Counted from the first letter of the stretch, positions 28,526 to 41,215 are shown. The stretch is DNA of 46,133 nt from Polyangiaceae bacterium (GCA_035063585.1 JAPSGB010000037.1:1-46133); one strand, 5' to 3'. The notes: generated by a model not told the origin, from the letters alone. Program-made: numbers and translations.

Positions 28526-29457
28526 TGAGCGGTCGAGAGCGACGTGATGCCGGGTCCGAGCGGCGCCGGCCAGCCGCGGAGCCCACGCCGGCCGAGGAGG
28601 GCGGGCGCGCGCGGCTCGACGTGAAGAAGACGTGGAAGCTCTACCTCGGCGGCGCGTTCGTCCGCAGCGAGTCGGGGCGTTACCTCGTCGCCGAGCCCGT
28701 CGGCGAGAACTACCCGCGCGCGTCGCGCAAGGACGCGCGCGACGCGGTCAAGGCGGCGCTCGCGGCGCAGCCGGGCTGGCGCGGCAAGACGGCGGCGAAC
28801 CGCGGACAGATCCTGTACCGGCTCGCCGAGGTGATGGAGGCGCGTCGCGACGAGCTGGCGGGGCGCCTGACCGCGAGCGGCGCCGCCGACGCCGCGCGCG
28901 AGGTCGGCGCGGCGATCGATCGCGTCGTCTCGTTCGCCGGCTGGACGGACAAGTATCAGTCGCTGTTCGCGAGCTCGAACCCGGTCGCGTGCCGGCACTT
29001 CGGCTTCAGCGTCCCCGAGCCGCTCGGGGTGGTCGCCATCGCCGCGCCCGAGCGTCCGGCCCTGCTCGGGTTGGTCGGCAGCGTCTGCCCGGTCATCGCC
29101 GGTGGCAACGCCGCGGTGGTCGTCGCGAGCGAGGCCGATCCGCTCATCGCGCTCGCCTTCGGCGAGTGCTTGGCCACCAGCGATCTGCCGGGCGGCGTCG
29201 TGAACCTGCTCACGGGCACGCGCGGCGAGCTCCTGCCGCACCTCGCCAAGCATCTCGGCGTGCGCGGGCTCGATCTCTGGGACGTCGACGGCGACGACGC
29301 CGTGCGCCTCGAGCGCGACGCCGCGGACGGCGTGAAGCGCGTGGCACGCCGCGGGGCCGAAGCGGCGGACTGGTACGACGCCGAGCGCGGCAGCTCGCCG
29401 TCGATGATCGAACGGTTCATCGAGGTGAAGACCATCTGGCACCCGATGGGCGCGTAA
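28525..29457 (+). CDS. Short aldehyde-dehydrogenase-like protein lacking the catalytic domain
   Basis: KKTWKLYLGGAFVRSESGR, SRKDARDAV, NRGQILYRLAE, EPLGVV, DLPGGVVNLLTG, EVKTIWHPMG; no ELGGK or catalytic Cys region; TGATG overlap at 28523-28527. Confidence 0.85.
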   Translation: MSGRERRDAGSERRRPAAEPTPAEEGGRARLDVKKTWKLYLGGAFVRSESGRYLVAEPVGENYPRASRKDARDAVKAALAAQPGWRGKTAANRGQILYRLAEVMEARRDELAGRLTASGAADAAREVGAAIDRVVSFAGWTDKYQSLFASSNPVACRHFGFSVPEPLGVVAIAAPERPALLGLVGSVCPVIAGGNAAVVVASEADPLIALAFGECLATSDLPGGVVNLLTGTRGELLPHLAKHLGVRGLDLWDVDGDDAVRLERDAADGVKRVARRGAEAADWYDAERGSSPSMIERFIEVKTIWHPMGA

Positions 29458-29503
29458 CTGGGGCTTCTGGTCCGGTGCGGCCGGCGGCGCGTCCCGAGCC
29501 GCG

Positions 29504-30052
29504 CTAACCCGGCTCGCCGCCCATCGCGAAGATGGCGACGTCGAGCGCCTCGAGCCGCTCGGTGAGCGCTGAGTTGGCGCCGCCGTCGTGCGCGACGGCC
29601 TCGGCGAGCGCGCGGCGCGCGCCGGTCAGATTGCCCGCCGCGATGAGCTTACTGGCCCGGCCCGCTGCGAGCTTGGCGTCCACGCTCCGCGCGAGCTCGA
29701 CGAGCGCGCGCCGGTCCTCGGCGGCAGCTCGCGGCGGGGGGCCGAGCTCGCTCGGAGCGAGCCGGAGCGTGCCGCGGCTCAGCGCGAGATCGTAGCGGAC
29801 TCGCAGCGCCGGGTCGGAGAGCACGCGGTACGCCTCGGCGCCGCGCTGGAACACGCGGCGGAGGTGGTCGAGCGTGGCCTCGCTCTCGTCGCGGTATCGA
29901 TCCGGGTGGAACGAGAGCGCGAACTGATGGAACGCCTCGCGGATCGCCTCGGCGTCGGCGATCTCGAGCACGCCGAGCAGCTCGTAGTAGCTCGAGTCGT
30001 CGAGCACTCGAACCCAGTCGTCGAGGCGGGAGAGATCGGAGCGCTCGGCCAC
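29504..30052 (-). CDS. J-domain (DnaJ-like) protein
   Basis: SYYELLGV, FHPDRY (HPD), EAYRVLSDPALRVRYD; helical C-terminus. Confidence 0.88.
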   Translation of the reverse strand: MAERSDLSRLDDWVRVLDDSSYYELLGVLEIADAEAIREAFHQFALSFHPDRYRDESEATLDHLRRVFQRGAEAYRVLSDPALRVRYDLALSRGTLRLAPSELGPPPRAAAEDRRALVELARSVDAKLAAGRASKLIAAGNLTGARRALAEAVAHDGGANSALTERLEALDVAIFAMGGEPG

Positions 30053-30061
30053 GCTCGCAGC

Positions 30062-32668
30062 CTATAGCGCCGGATGCGCCGCGTGGCGCGCGATCATCGC
30101 GTCGACCTGGGGGCTCTCCGGGAGCCCGACGAGCCGCACGCGCGCCGAGGCGCTGTGGCCGGTCGCGGTGTCGAGCGCGCGGACGTCGAGGATTCCGTCG
30201 GCGTCGAGGCGGAAGAGCACGGAGATCTCGACCTGGCCGCGCGGCGCTGGCCGGAGACCCGTGAGCTCGAGCTCGCCGAGCAGCGTGTTCTCCGCGAACC
30301 GGTTGGACTCGCCCTGGCTCACGCGGACCCGCACCGTCGTCTGCAGGTCGGACGCCGTGACGAACGAGCGCGCCTGCTCGCAAGGCACGGGCGTGTTGCG
30401 GGCGATGATGGTGTGGCAGAAGCCGCCCACCGTCTCGACCGTGAGGGTGAGCGGGGTCACGTCGACCAGGAGCGGCGCGGGAGGCGAGGCGTGCAGCGGT
30501 GGCTGCGCGACGCCGGCCACGACGGGCTGAAACCCCATACCGGCCGCCGCGACCGCGGCCGGTGCGGCCCAGCCGGGCGGCCCGGCGGGCTCTGGCAGCG
30601 GAGGTGGCGCGGCGCCCCAGCCGAGCGGCGCTTCCGTGGCGGGGGCCGCCGGGATCTCGAGCGTGTGCTCGGAGGCGAGCTCGACGCGCGGCGCGGTCGG
30701 GCTCCGACCCGCGCCGAGCAGATCGCCGGAGCGCGGCGGCGCGACGGCGCGGACGGCGTCGGGCTCGAGCGCCCGGCCGGGGTCCGCCGGTGGACCGGGA
30801 GGGACGTCCTCGGGACCGAGGAGCAGGGTGCCACCGAGCCCCGTCGCTCGGGCTCGGCGCGGGGGAGGTGGCGGCCCGGCGGGCGGCGGCTCCGCCGGCA
30901 GTGGCGGCGCGTCCTCGGGCATGCTGAGCGGCAGGTTGCCGTAGCGCGCGGCGGCCTCTTCTCGCGAGAGCGGGGCCCGCGGGGAAGCCGAGCTCTGAGT
31001 GATGTCGTCGTACGCGGAGTCGTCGGCGTCGACGAGCGGCAGCGCGTGCTCGAGCGCTGCCCGCGCCGCGGCCGCTTCGCCCGCCGCGCTCATCAAGGTC
31101 GAGCCGTCTGCCGGCAGGTTGGCGACCGCGCGCGGGATCGCAGGGTGCTCGGGAGGCGCGCGGTCGAGCCGTGGCCCGCTCGGGCCGAGCCCGGCGCCGG
31201 TGGGGACCCGACCGCGAGGGCCGAGCCCGTCGAGGGTCGCGGACGGCTCGTGTCCGCCGCGGCTCGCGCGGTCGTCCACCCCCGGCTCCGGCATGAGCCC
31301 CGGGGAGGTGTCTTGGTGCGGTCGCCCGAAGGGGTGCGTGTCCGGCACCGCCACCGTATCCGCGCCGCTCGAGAGCCCCGGCGAGGTCCGCAGCGGCCGG
31401 CGCGGGATCGGCGGCGGCCGGCTCTTGCGCTGCACGGGCGGCTCGGTCTTGGAAGAGATGAACGGATACGAGCCGCCACGCGCCGGCACCGGCGCGCTCG
31501 GGACGTCGGTCGCGCGACGTCGCTCCACGCCCGCCAGCGCGGACGCCTGGATCGCCGCGCCGATCGCCACCACCTCGTCCGGGCTGATGTGCCCGAGCGC
31601 GGGACGGCTGAAGAACTCCTCCACCATCTGCCGCACGAGCGGGATGCGCGTGGTGCCGCCGACCAAGAGCACCTCGTCGAAGTCCGACGCCGAGAGGCGC
31701 GCGATCGTGAGCGCGTCGCGGCAGACCGCGAAACTCGAGTCGAGCATCGGTCGGGCGAGCCGCTCGAGCTCCGCGCGCGTCATGCTGAAGGTGAGCCCGA
31801 GCGCCTTGCCTCCCGTGCCGTAGGCGACCTCGGGGACCTCGAGGGTCGCGTCGGGGAGGCTCGACAGCCGCATCTTGAGCGTCTCTGCCGCCATCCGGAG
31901 GCGCTCGAACGCCTGCGGATCAGTGCGCGGATCGTAGCGATGCTGAGCGAGGAAGGCGTCCGCCATGGCCTCCGCGATGGCGAGATCGATGTCGTCGCCT
32001 CCGAGGAAGGTGTTGCCGGCGGTGGCCAGCACCTCGAACACGTTGTCCGAGAGATCGAGCAGCGTGAGATCGAAGGTGCCGCCGCCGAAATCGTACACGG
32101 CGACCCGCTTGCGCTCGCCCTTGCCGTAGCCGTACGCGAGCGCCGCGGCGGTCGGCTCGTTCAGGATCCGGAGCACCTCGAGACCCGCGACGCGGCCCGC
32201 CACCTTGGTCGCCGCGCGCTGGAGATCGTTGAAGTTGGCCGGCACCGTGATGACGGCGCGATCGAGCTGCTGACCGAGCGCGGCCTCCGCCACCGACTTG
32301 GCCTGTCGCAGGACGAACGCGCTGATCTCGGGGAGCGTGTAGGTCTCGCCGCGGGCGACCACGAGCGTCGCGTGACCCGGGCCCTCGCGCATCTCGAAGG
32401 GGAAGCGCTGGCGCGCCTTGCGGACCTCCTCGGTGTCCCAGCTTCGGCCGATCAGCCGCTTGGTCGAGTAGACCGTGTTCGTCGCGTCCACCAGGCGCCG
32501 CGCACGGGCCGCCCTGCCGACCAGCACCCCGCCGTTCGGGTGAAACGAGACCACCGACGGGATGAGCTTCTCGCCCTCCTCGTCGGCCATGGCCGAGGCC
32601 TGCCCATTCACGACCACGCCCACCACCGTGTTGGTCGTGCCGAGGTCGATCCCTACGACCGGTCCCAT
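30062..32668 (-). CDS. Hsp70/DnaK-family paralog with a long Pro-rich insertion and no helical lid
   Basis: GIDLGTTN, TVPANF, NEPTAAALAYG, YDFGGGTFD, LGGDDID, VGGTTRIP, PDEVVAIGAAIQA, then ~350 aa Pro/Ala-rich, then LLVDVTPLTL and the SBD-beta region. Confidence 0.9.
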   Translation of the reverse strand: MGPVVGIDLGTTNTVVGVVVNGQASAMADEEGEKLIPSVVSFHPNGGVLVGRAARARRLVDATNTVYSTKRLIGRSWDTEEVRKARQRFPFEMREGPGHATLVVARGETYTLPEISAFVLRQAKSVAEAALGQQLDRAVITVPANFNDLQRAATKVAGRVAGLEVLRILNEPTAAALAYGYGKGERKRVAVYDFGGGTFDLTLLDLSDNVFEVLATAGNTFLGGDDIDLAIAEAMADAFLAQHRYDPRTDPQAFERLRMAAETLKMRLSSLPDATLEVPEVAYGTGGKALGLTFSMTRAELERLARPMLDSSFAVCRDALTIARLSASDFDEVLLVGGTTRIPLVRQMVEEFFSRPALGHISPDEVVAIGAAIQASALAGVERRRATDVPSAPVPARGGSYPFISSKTEPPVQRKSRPPPIPRRPLRTSPGLSSGADTVAVPDTHPFGRPHQDTSPGLMPEPGVDDRASRGGHEPSATLDGLGPRGRVPTGAGLGPSGPRLDRAPPEHPAIPRAVANLPADGSTLMSAAGEAAAARAALEHALPLVDADDSAYDDITQSSASPRAPLSREEAAARYGNLPLSMPEDAPPLPAEPPPAGPPPPPRRARATGLGGTLLLGPEDVPPGPPADPGRALEPDAVRAVAPPRSGDLLGAGRSPTAPRVELASEHTLEIPAAPATEAPLGWGAAPPPLPEPAGPPGWAAPAAVAAAGMGFQPVVAGVAQPPLHASPPAPLLVDVTPLTLTVETVGGFCHTIIARNTPVPCEQARSFVTASDLQTTVRVRVSQGESNRFAENTLLGELELTGLRPAPRGQVEISVLFRLDADGILDVRALDTATGHSASARVRLVGLPESPQVDAMIARHAAHPAL

Positions 32669-32682
32669 CTAGCGTCGTCCCT

Positions 32683-33255
32683 TCATGCGTCGCGCGCGCT
32701 CTCTCGCTCGAGCTCCCCGATCACCCGATCGTACCAGCGTTCCACCTGCTCCGTGAACGGCCACATCCAGCCATATTCCGGGCCGGTGAAGCGGCCAACT
32801 ATATGTCCGCGGAGCTCGGGGGCCCGGGCCGCGGCGAGCCCCTTCAACTCGGCGGTCGCGCGGAGCGTCTCGGCGTACGCCTCCCACTCGAGCCGAGCCC
32901 GACCCCACGCGAGCCCGAGCGGCAGCAGCGGCACGAGGTACGCGAAGCTGAAGAGCGGCGTCCCGAGCCGCCGGCGCTGGCGGAGGTGCACCCGCTCGTG
33001 GCGGAGGACGATGACGCGGTCTATTGGCGCCGTCTCGTCCCAGGACTCCGGGAGGTAGAGCGTGTCGAAGAGCACCGTGTGGTAGCGCGTGAGGTAGGCG
33101 CGCTGCCCGCCGAGCGTGAGCACGCGCAGGAGCCGATCGATGACCCGCGAGAGCCGATCGTCGCGCTTGGGCACCAGGCGGAAGCGCGGAAATTCTCGGG
33201 TGATTTCTTCGATGAGCTCGCGCTCGATTTCGCTTTCGGAGACAGTAGTTGCCAT
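32683..33255 (-). CDS. Hypothetical protein with an HExxH zincin-like motif
   Basis: LRHERVHLRQ followed by RARLEWEAY; ATG 33255 (GTG 33273 alternative). Confidence 0.7.
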   Translation of the reverse strand: MATTVSESEIERELIEEITREFPRFRLVPKRDDRLSRVIDRLLRVLTLGGQRAYLTRYHTVLFDTLYLPESWDETAPIDRVIVLRHERVHLRQRRRLGTPLFSFAYLVPLLPLGLAWGRARLEWEAYAETLRATAELKGLAAARAPELRGHIVGRFTGPEYGWMWPFTEQVERWYDRVIGELERESARDA

Positions 33256-33262
33256 CGAAAGC

Positions 33263-34201
33263 TCAAGTGTCACGAGAGCCGAGGACGTCTCCCGCGCGGA
33301 GCGCGCGCCCGTGGATGAGCGCCTCGGCGGGGACCGCCGTGCGGCCCTCGAGCTGTACGCGGACGAGCTCCACGGAGCCCGCCCCGGTCGCCACCAGCAC
33401 CTGCCGGCGCGAGCCGATCCCGACGCTACCCGGAGGCCCCGCGACCGGCTCGTCGTCGAGCCGCGCGGCGTGCAAGAGTAGCCGCTTGCCGCCGAGCGTG
33501 GTGCGGGCGCCCGGGCGCGGGGAGAGCCCGCGGATCCGGTCGACCACGCGCCGCGCAGGCTCGCCGAAGTCGAGCCGGGTGTCGTCCGGTCCGAGCAGCG
33601 GCGCGAAGGTCGCCGCGGACTCGTCCTGCGGCGTCGCCGCGAGCGTCCCGGCGACCACGGCGGGGAGCGTGTCGCGGACGACCTCGGCGGCGAGCGTGGC
33701 GAGCCGCTCGGCGAGCTCGCCGGCGGTCTCCTCCGGGCCGATGGGGATGGCGCGGCGCGCGAACACCGGGCCCGAGTCGAGCCCGACGTCCATCTGCATG
33801 AGGGAGATCCCGGTCTCGGTCTCGCCGCGGATGATGGCCCACTGGATGGGCGCGGCGCCCCGGTAGCGGGGCAGCAGCGAGGCGTGCAGGTTCACCGAGC
33901 CGCGGCGCGGCGCGGCGAGCACGTCTTCCGGCAAGATGCGCCCGTACGCCATCACCAGCGCCACGTCGGCCTCGCGGGCTCGAAGCCAGTCGCGCAGCTC
34001 GCCCGTCCGCACCTTCTCGGGCTGATACACCTCGGCGCCCAGCTCGCGCGCGAGCTGCTTCACCGCCGGCTCGGTGAGCTTGAGGCCGCGCCCGGCGCGC
34101 CGGTCGGGCTGGCACACGACCCCGACGAGCTCCGCCAGCTCGCCGAGCGCGCGGAGCGCGGGGGTCGCGATGGCCGGCGTACCGAAGAAGACCGCGCGCA
34201 T
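33263..34201 (-). CDS. fmt: Methionyl-tRNA formyltransferase
   Basis: FFGTP, QPDRRAGRG, MAYGRILP, NLHASLLPRYRGAAPIQWAI, GLDSGP. Confidence 0.96.
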   Translation of the reverse strand: MRAVFFGTPAIATPALRALGELAELVGVVCQPDRRAGRGLKLTEPAVKQLARELGAEVYQPEKVRTGELRDWLRAREADVALVMAYGRILPEDVLAAPRRGSVNLHASLLPRYRGAAPIQWAIIRGETETGISLMQMDVGLDSGPVFARRAIPIGPEETAGELAERLATLAAEVVRDTLPAVVAGTLAATPQDESAATFAPLLGPDDTRLDFGEPARRVVDRIRGLSPRPGARTTLGGKRLLLHAARLDDEPVAGPPGSVGIGSRRQVLVATGAGSVELVRVQLEGRTAVPAEALIHGRALRAGDVLGSRDT

Positions 34202-34352
34202 GACTGCGGTGTCCTACCTTGACTGGCTCGAGGTGCCCAGCGCGGCTCGCGCGGCCCCCGCCGCCGGCCGCGCCGGACCGACCCCAAGACCCAAGTGATG
34301 CCGCGAGGATGGCTCGGCCGGGCGCGGGCGCCGGCGCGCGCCCGAGGCTCTT

Positions 34353-34389
34353 CGCAATTCGCGTGCCAGCCCCTGGCGCGGCCTTCGCA
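34353..34389. promoter_or_regulatory. Back-to-back divergent sigma-54 motifs between fmt and lon
   Basis: Minus strand 34368-34353 TGGCACGCGAATTGCG (toward fmt); plus strand 34374-34389 TGGCGCGGCCTTCGCA (toward lon). Confidence 0.6.
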
Positions 34390-34492
34390 TGTGGTTAGCT
34401 TGACCGTCGTGCCTGGACGTCGGAAAAGCCCGAGCGTGCGGCGCTGACCACGTCACCCAGCGACTCACACCGCCCCCGCAGAACGAGGACCC

Positions 34493-36931
<2,439 letters not shown>

Positions 36932-36951
36932 CTCCGGCGCGTCGGCGCTCT

Positions 36952-36992
36952 GGTCGCCCCCTCGCCTCGAGCCGAGGGGGCGACCGGTTTTT
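36952..36992 (+). terminator. Rho-independent terminator after lon
   Basis: 13-bp stem GGTCGCCCCCTCG / CGAGGGGGCGACC followed by GGTTTTT. Confidence 0.8.
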
Positions 36993-37158
36993 GTCGGCCC
37001 GGCGCGGTACCGCGGGCCCCGCCGGCCGAGCGCGGGCCGCGCCGGCCCGGCGCGGGGGCGAGCTCTGGGCCGGCGCGAAGCGCGGCGGCGAAGCGCGGCG
37101 AGCGGCGCGAGCTCGGTGCTTGACAAGCTATCAAGCGCATCTTAGAAAGCGTCGGCGA

Positions 37159-37187
37159 TTGAAAATGATATTGACTTTCATTTTCAA
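37159..37187. promoter_or_regulatory. Fur-box-like operator
   Basis: Perfect inverted repeat TTGAAAATGA-N9-TCATTTTCAA; two 19-mers offset by 6 nt (37161, 37167) each match GATAATGATAATCATTATC at 14/19; AT-rich island upstream of a TonB receptor. Confidence 0.8.
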
Positions 37188-37266
37188 GAAGGCGACGGGC
37201 TCGCCGCGCGCAGGGACCGCGGTCCCCTGATCGCCCGCCCGCCGTCCCCGGATCACTGGCTTCTTC

Positions 37267-39552
37267 ATGCGCCTCCCGCTAGCTCTCCTCGCCGCCGCCC
37301 TCACGCCGGCGCTCGCGCTGCTGAGCGCGCCGGCGCTCGCCGAGCCCGAGCCGTCACCCTCGGCGCCGCCCGTGCCCGAGCCATCAACCGCTGCGCCGCC
37401 AGCGCCGGACCCGAGCGCCGCGGCAGCGCCGGAGGGCGACGCGGCCGAGCCCGAGCCGGAGGAGCCGATCGAGGTGACGGTGGCCGGGACCCCGATTGGC
37501 CGCACGGCAGGGTCGGCGCACGTCATCACGAGCAAGGAGCTCCGGCGCTTCAGCTACACCGATCCGCACGCGGTGCTCTCGTCGGTGCCCGGGGTGTACA
37601 CCCGCGGCGAGGACGGCGTCGGCCTGCGCCCGAACATTGGGCTCCGCGGCGTGAACCCCGATCGCTCGAAGAAGGTGACGCTCACCGAGGACGGCGTGCT
37701 CTTCGGGCCTGCGCCCTACTCGGCGCCGGCCGCCTACTTCTTCCCGCTCATGTCGCGCTTCGTCAGCGTGCGGGTGCTGAAGGGGCCGTCGGCGATCACC
37801 GAGGGCCCGCAGACGGTCTCGGGCGCCATCGACTTCGTGACCCGCGGATTTCCGGCGAACCCGAGCGGGTCCATCACGGCGGGCTTCGGACAGTACGGGT
37901 ACGGCACCGTGCACGGCTGGTTCGGCTCGAGCGACGAGCACGTCGCGTGGCTGCTCGAGGGCGCGCACCTCGGCTCGAACGGGTTCAAGGAGCTCCCGTC
38001 GGGCGCGGACACCGGGTTTTATCGCAACGAGTGGATGCTGAAGGGCGCGTACACGTTCGATCCGGCCGCGCGTGTGCGGCAGGAGCTCCGGTGGAAGCTC
38101 CTCTACTCCGACGAGCTCTCGAACGAGACGTATCTCGGGATTTCCGACGCGGACTTCCGCGAAGATCCGAACCGGCGCTACGGCGCGAGCGCGCTCGATC
38201 GGATGCAGAACCACCGCACGGGGTTCGTCCTGAGTCATGCGGTCGACACGGGCAACGGGCTGACGCTCCTCACCACGGCCTACCGCAACGACTACTCGCG
38301 GACCTGGCGCAAGGTGAACGGTTTCCGCGGCGGGCCGAGCCTCTTCGACGTGATGACCCACCCGGACACGCCGCTGAACGCCGTCTACTACTCGGTGATC
38401 CGCGGCGACGCGAACAGCGCGTCCTCGGGCGAGGCGATCTATATCGGACCGAACCAGCGTGATTTCGTCTCGCAGGGGCTCCAGTCGCGGCTGCGCTGGG
38501 AGGGCGCGACCGGACCGTTCCACCACCGCGCGGAGGCGGGGGCGCGGCTCCACTATGACCGTATCGAGAGGCGTCACAGCGAGAACGCCTACGACTGGGT
38601 GGACGGCGATCTCTACCCGGAGGCGAGCCCGACGGTGGTCACCGCGTTCAATGAGGCCTGGACGCAGGCGCTCGCCGTCTACGCGACCGACGCGGTGAGC
38701 TGGGAGCGCCTGACGCTCACTCCCGGCGTGCGCGTCGAGGTGATGCGCTCCGCGCTGGATGATCACCTGGGCGCGGTCGAGACGCGGCGGCTGGCGAGCG
38801 TGGTGTTGCCTGGGGTCGGGCTCTTCTCGGGCGTGACCGATGAGCTCGGGCTCCTGCTCGGGGTCTACCGGGGGTTCAGCCCACCACCGCCCGGCAGCCC
38901 GAGCAGCATCAAACCGGAGAGCAGCGTCAACTACGAGGGGGGAGCGCGCTACGTATCGCGAGCGCTCCGCGCCGAGCTCGTCGCCTACTATAACGCGTAC
39001 AGCAACATCACCGACGTCTGCACGCTCTCGAGCGGTTGCGTGGACACCAACCTCGACCGTCAGTTCGACGCGGGCCGCGCGCGAATCTACGGGCTCGAGG
39101 CCTTCTTCAAGTACGAGCTCCCGGCCGGCGCGCTCACCCTGCCGCTCGTGGCGGCGTATACGCTCACCCGCGCGCACTTCCTGAACGACTTCACCTCGGA
39201 AGATCCGATCTTCGGCGAGGTCCGCGCGGGAGACGAGATGCCGTACGTCCCGCGTCACCAGCTCAACGCCTCGGTCGGCGTCGAGAACGACGACGGCGGC
39301 GTCGCGGTGGCGGCCAACTACGTCTCGCCGATGCGCGAAGAAGCGGGCCGCGCGCCCATCGCCGAGGGCGTCTCGACCGACGAGCAGTTTTGGATCGACG
39401 CGAGCGCGCGCTACCGCGTGTACGGGCCGGTGTCGCTCTGGGGCAACGTCCGCAACGTGGGCGGTCGGCAATTCATCGTCTCGCATCGCCCCTACGGCGC
39501 GCGGCCGAACGCGCCGCGCTGGGTCCAGGTGGGAGCCACCATCGATTTCTGA
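37267..39552 (+). CDS. TonB-dependent outer membrane receptor (FecA-like)
   Basis: Signal peptide, IEVTV TonB-box-like, plug VPGVY...NIGLRG...VLKGP...GAIDFVT, IKPESSVNYEGG, C-terminal Phe. Confidence 0.93.
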   Translation: MRLPLALLAAALTPALALLSAPALAEPEPSPSAPPVPEPSTAAPPAPDPSAAAAPEGDAAEPEPEEPIEVTVAGTPIGRTAGSAHVITSKELRRFSYTDPHAVLSSVPGVYTRGEDGVGLRPNIGLRGVNPDRSKKVTLTEDGVLFGPAPYSAPAAYFFPLMSRFVSVRVLKGPSAITEGPQTVSGAIDFVTRGFPANPSGSITAGFGQYGYGTVHGWFGSSDEHVAWLLEGAHLGSNGFKELPSGADTGFYRNEWMLKGAYTFDPAARVRQELRWKLLYSDELSNETYLGISDADFREDPNRRYGASALDRMQNHRTGFVLSHAVDTGNGLTLLTTAYRNDYSRTWRKVNGFRGGPSLFDVMTHPDTPLNAVYYSVIRGDANSASSGEAIYIGPNQRDFVSQGLQSRLRWEGATGPFHHRAEAGARLHYDRIERRHSENAYDWVDGDLYPEASPTVVTAFNEAWTQALAVYATDAVSWERLTLTPGVRVEVMRSALDDHLGAVETRRLASVVLPGVGLFSGVTDELGLLLGVYRGFSPPPPGSPSSIKPESSVNYEGGARYVSRALRAELVAYYNAYSNITDVCTLSSGCVDTNLDRQFDAGRARIYGLEAFFKYELPAGALTLPLVAAYTLTRAHFLNDFTSEDPIFGEVRAGDEMPYVPRHQLNASVGVENDDGGVAVAANYVSPMREEAGRAPIAEGVSTDEQFWIDASARYRVYGPVSLWGNVRNVGGRQFIVSHRPYGARPNAPRWVQVGATIDF

Positions 39553-39622
39553 GCCGGCGCGCTGCCATCGAGCGCCGGCTCACCGCACTTTTTCAAAGCC
39601 GGAACCAGGAGAACGACGCATC

Positions 39623-41215
39623 ATGACGAAGACGAGCAGGAAGTGGCGGGCGAGTTGGGCGATCCTCGGCGGACTCGCCGCGGTGCTCGCGGTGACCGCG
39701 TGCGACTCGAGTGAGACGATCGACAAGTCGGGCAACGGCACCGGCGGAGCCGGCGGCGCGGCCGGTGCGTCCGGGAGCGCGGGAAGCCCGGCGACGGGTG
39801 GCGCGGCCGGCGCCTCGGGGAGCGGTGGCTCGAGCGGCGCGGGAGCGGGCGGGCAGGCCGGAGGCGGAGCCGGCGGGCAGGCCGGGAGCGGAGCCGGTGG
39901 GCAGGCCGGAGGCGGAGCCGGCGGGCAGGCGGGCACCGAGCCGAAGGTGATCCATCACGCCTTCTCCGCGGACGGCCACGACCGGCTCTACGACGTCGCC
40001 TTCGACGCGGATGGGAAGATCCTGGCGGTCGGGGTGCGCGCCGACGGCATCGACGCGGCGACCGATCTGAGCACCCTGGTCGCCCGCTTCACGCCGGACG
40101 GCGCGCTCGACCCGAGCTTCGGCTCGGGGGGCTCGGTGGTGAAGAACCTGGCGGTGGGCACCACCGGCGAGGTCGCTCGCGGCATCGCGGTGCAGTCCAC
40201 CGGGAAGATCGTGGTCGCGGCCACGGTCGAGGCGGAGGGCGCCGCCGATCCGCGCGACCGAAACATCGCGCTCGCGCGCTTCCTACCGGACGGCGCCCTG
40301 GACACGAGCTTTGGCACGGCGGGCGTCGTCGTGCTCGACCTCAGCGCCGGCGTGGCCGACGGCACCGCGTTCAGCGCGGACATGCAGTGGGGTCTCGCGC
40401 TCGCCTCGGGCGACAAGCTGGTCATCTCCGGAGCGATGGTCGCGAGCGGGCGCACGGACACCGACTACGCGCTGGTGCGGCTCGACGCCGACGGCGCGAG
40501 GGACGCGAGCTTCGGGACCAACGGCGTGTTCTCGCTCGACATCGGCAACGCGCCCGCGAGCGCGCGGCGCGCGACCGTACTCGCGGACGACAGCGTGGTG
40601 CTGGCCGGGTACCGTAAGGAGGCGGGGGCCGTCCTGCCCGTGGTCTTCAAGGTCACCGCAGCCGGCGTGCTCGACACCACCTTCGGCGTCGGCGGCGTGT
40701 TCTCGGAGGCCGTGCTCGCCGCGACGACCGAGGCGTACGACGCGGTCGTTCAGGGCGACAAGCTCGTCACGATCGGTTACGGGCGCGAGAACACCACCGA
40801 CGACCTCGACTGGATCTCGCTCCGGCTCACCGCGTCCGGGACGCTCGACCCGACCTGGGGCACCGGCGGTCACGTGCTCCTCGACGCCGCCGGGTTCAAC
40901 GACAACGGGCGCGCGCTCACCGCGCTGCCCGACGGCCGCGTGCTCATGGTCGGGGGCGGTCGCACCGCCGCCGCCGAGTCCGACGCGATGCTGGCGATCC
41001 TGGCGAACGCCGACGGCGCGCCGGACGCCTCGTTCGGGCCCGGCGGGATACGGCTACTCGATCTCGGCGGACCGAACGACTTCCTCTGGTCGGTGGCGGT
41101 GCAGCCGGGAGGCAAGCTCGCGGTGGCCGCGGGGATCGCCGGCGCAAACAGCGACTCCGGCGCAGGGCCGCTCGGCGACGACGACGCGGCGCTGGTGCTC
41201 GTTCCCCTCCCATGA
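39623..41215 (+). CDS. Lipoprotein with a Gly-rich linker and delta-60-like beta-propeller repeats
   Basis: Lipobox VTAC; repeated GKI.V.G...ARF.PDGALD.SFG..G units. Confidence 0.8.
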   Translation: MTKTSRKWRASWAILGGLAAVLAVTACDSSETIDKSGNGTGGAGGAAGASGSAGSPATGGAAGASGSGGSSGAGAGGQAGGGAGGQAGSGAGGQAGGGAGGQAGTEPKVIHHAFSADGHDRLYDVAFDADGKILAVGVRADGIDAATDLSTLVARFTPDGALDPSFGSGGSVVKNLAVGTTGEVARGIAVQSTGKIVVAATVEAEGAADPRDRNIALARFLPDGALDTSFGTAGVVVLDLSAGVADGTAFSADMQWGLALASGDKLVISGAMVASGRTDTDYALVRLDADGARDASFGTNGVFSLDIGNAPASARRATVLADDSVVLAGYRKEAGAVLPVVFKVTAAGVLDTTFGVGGVFSEAVLAATTEAYDAVVQGDKLVTIGYGRENTTDDLDWISLRLTASGTLDPTWGTGGHVLLDAAGFNDNGRALTALPDGRVLMVGGGRTAAAESDAMLAILANADGAPDASFGPGGIRLLDLGGPNDFLWSVAVQPGGKLAVAAGIAGANSDSGAGPLGDDDAALVLVPLP

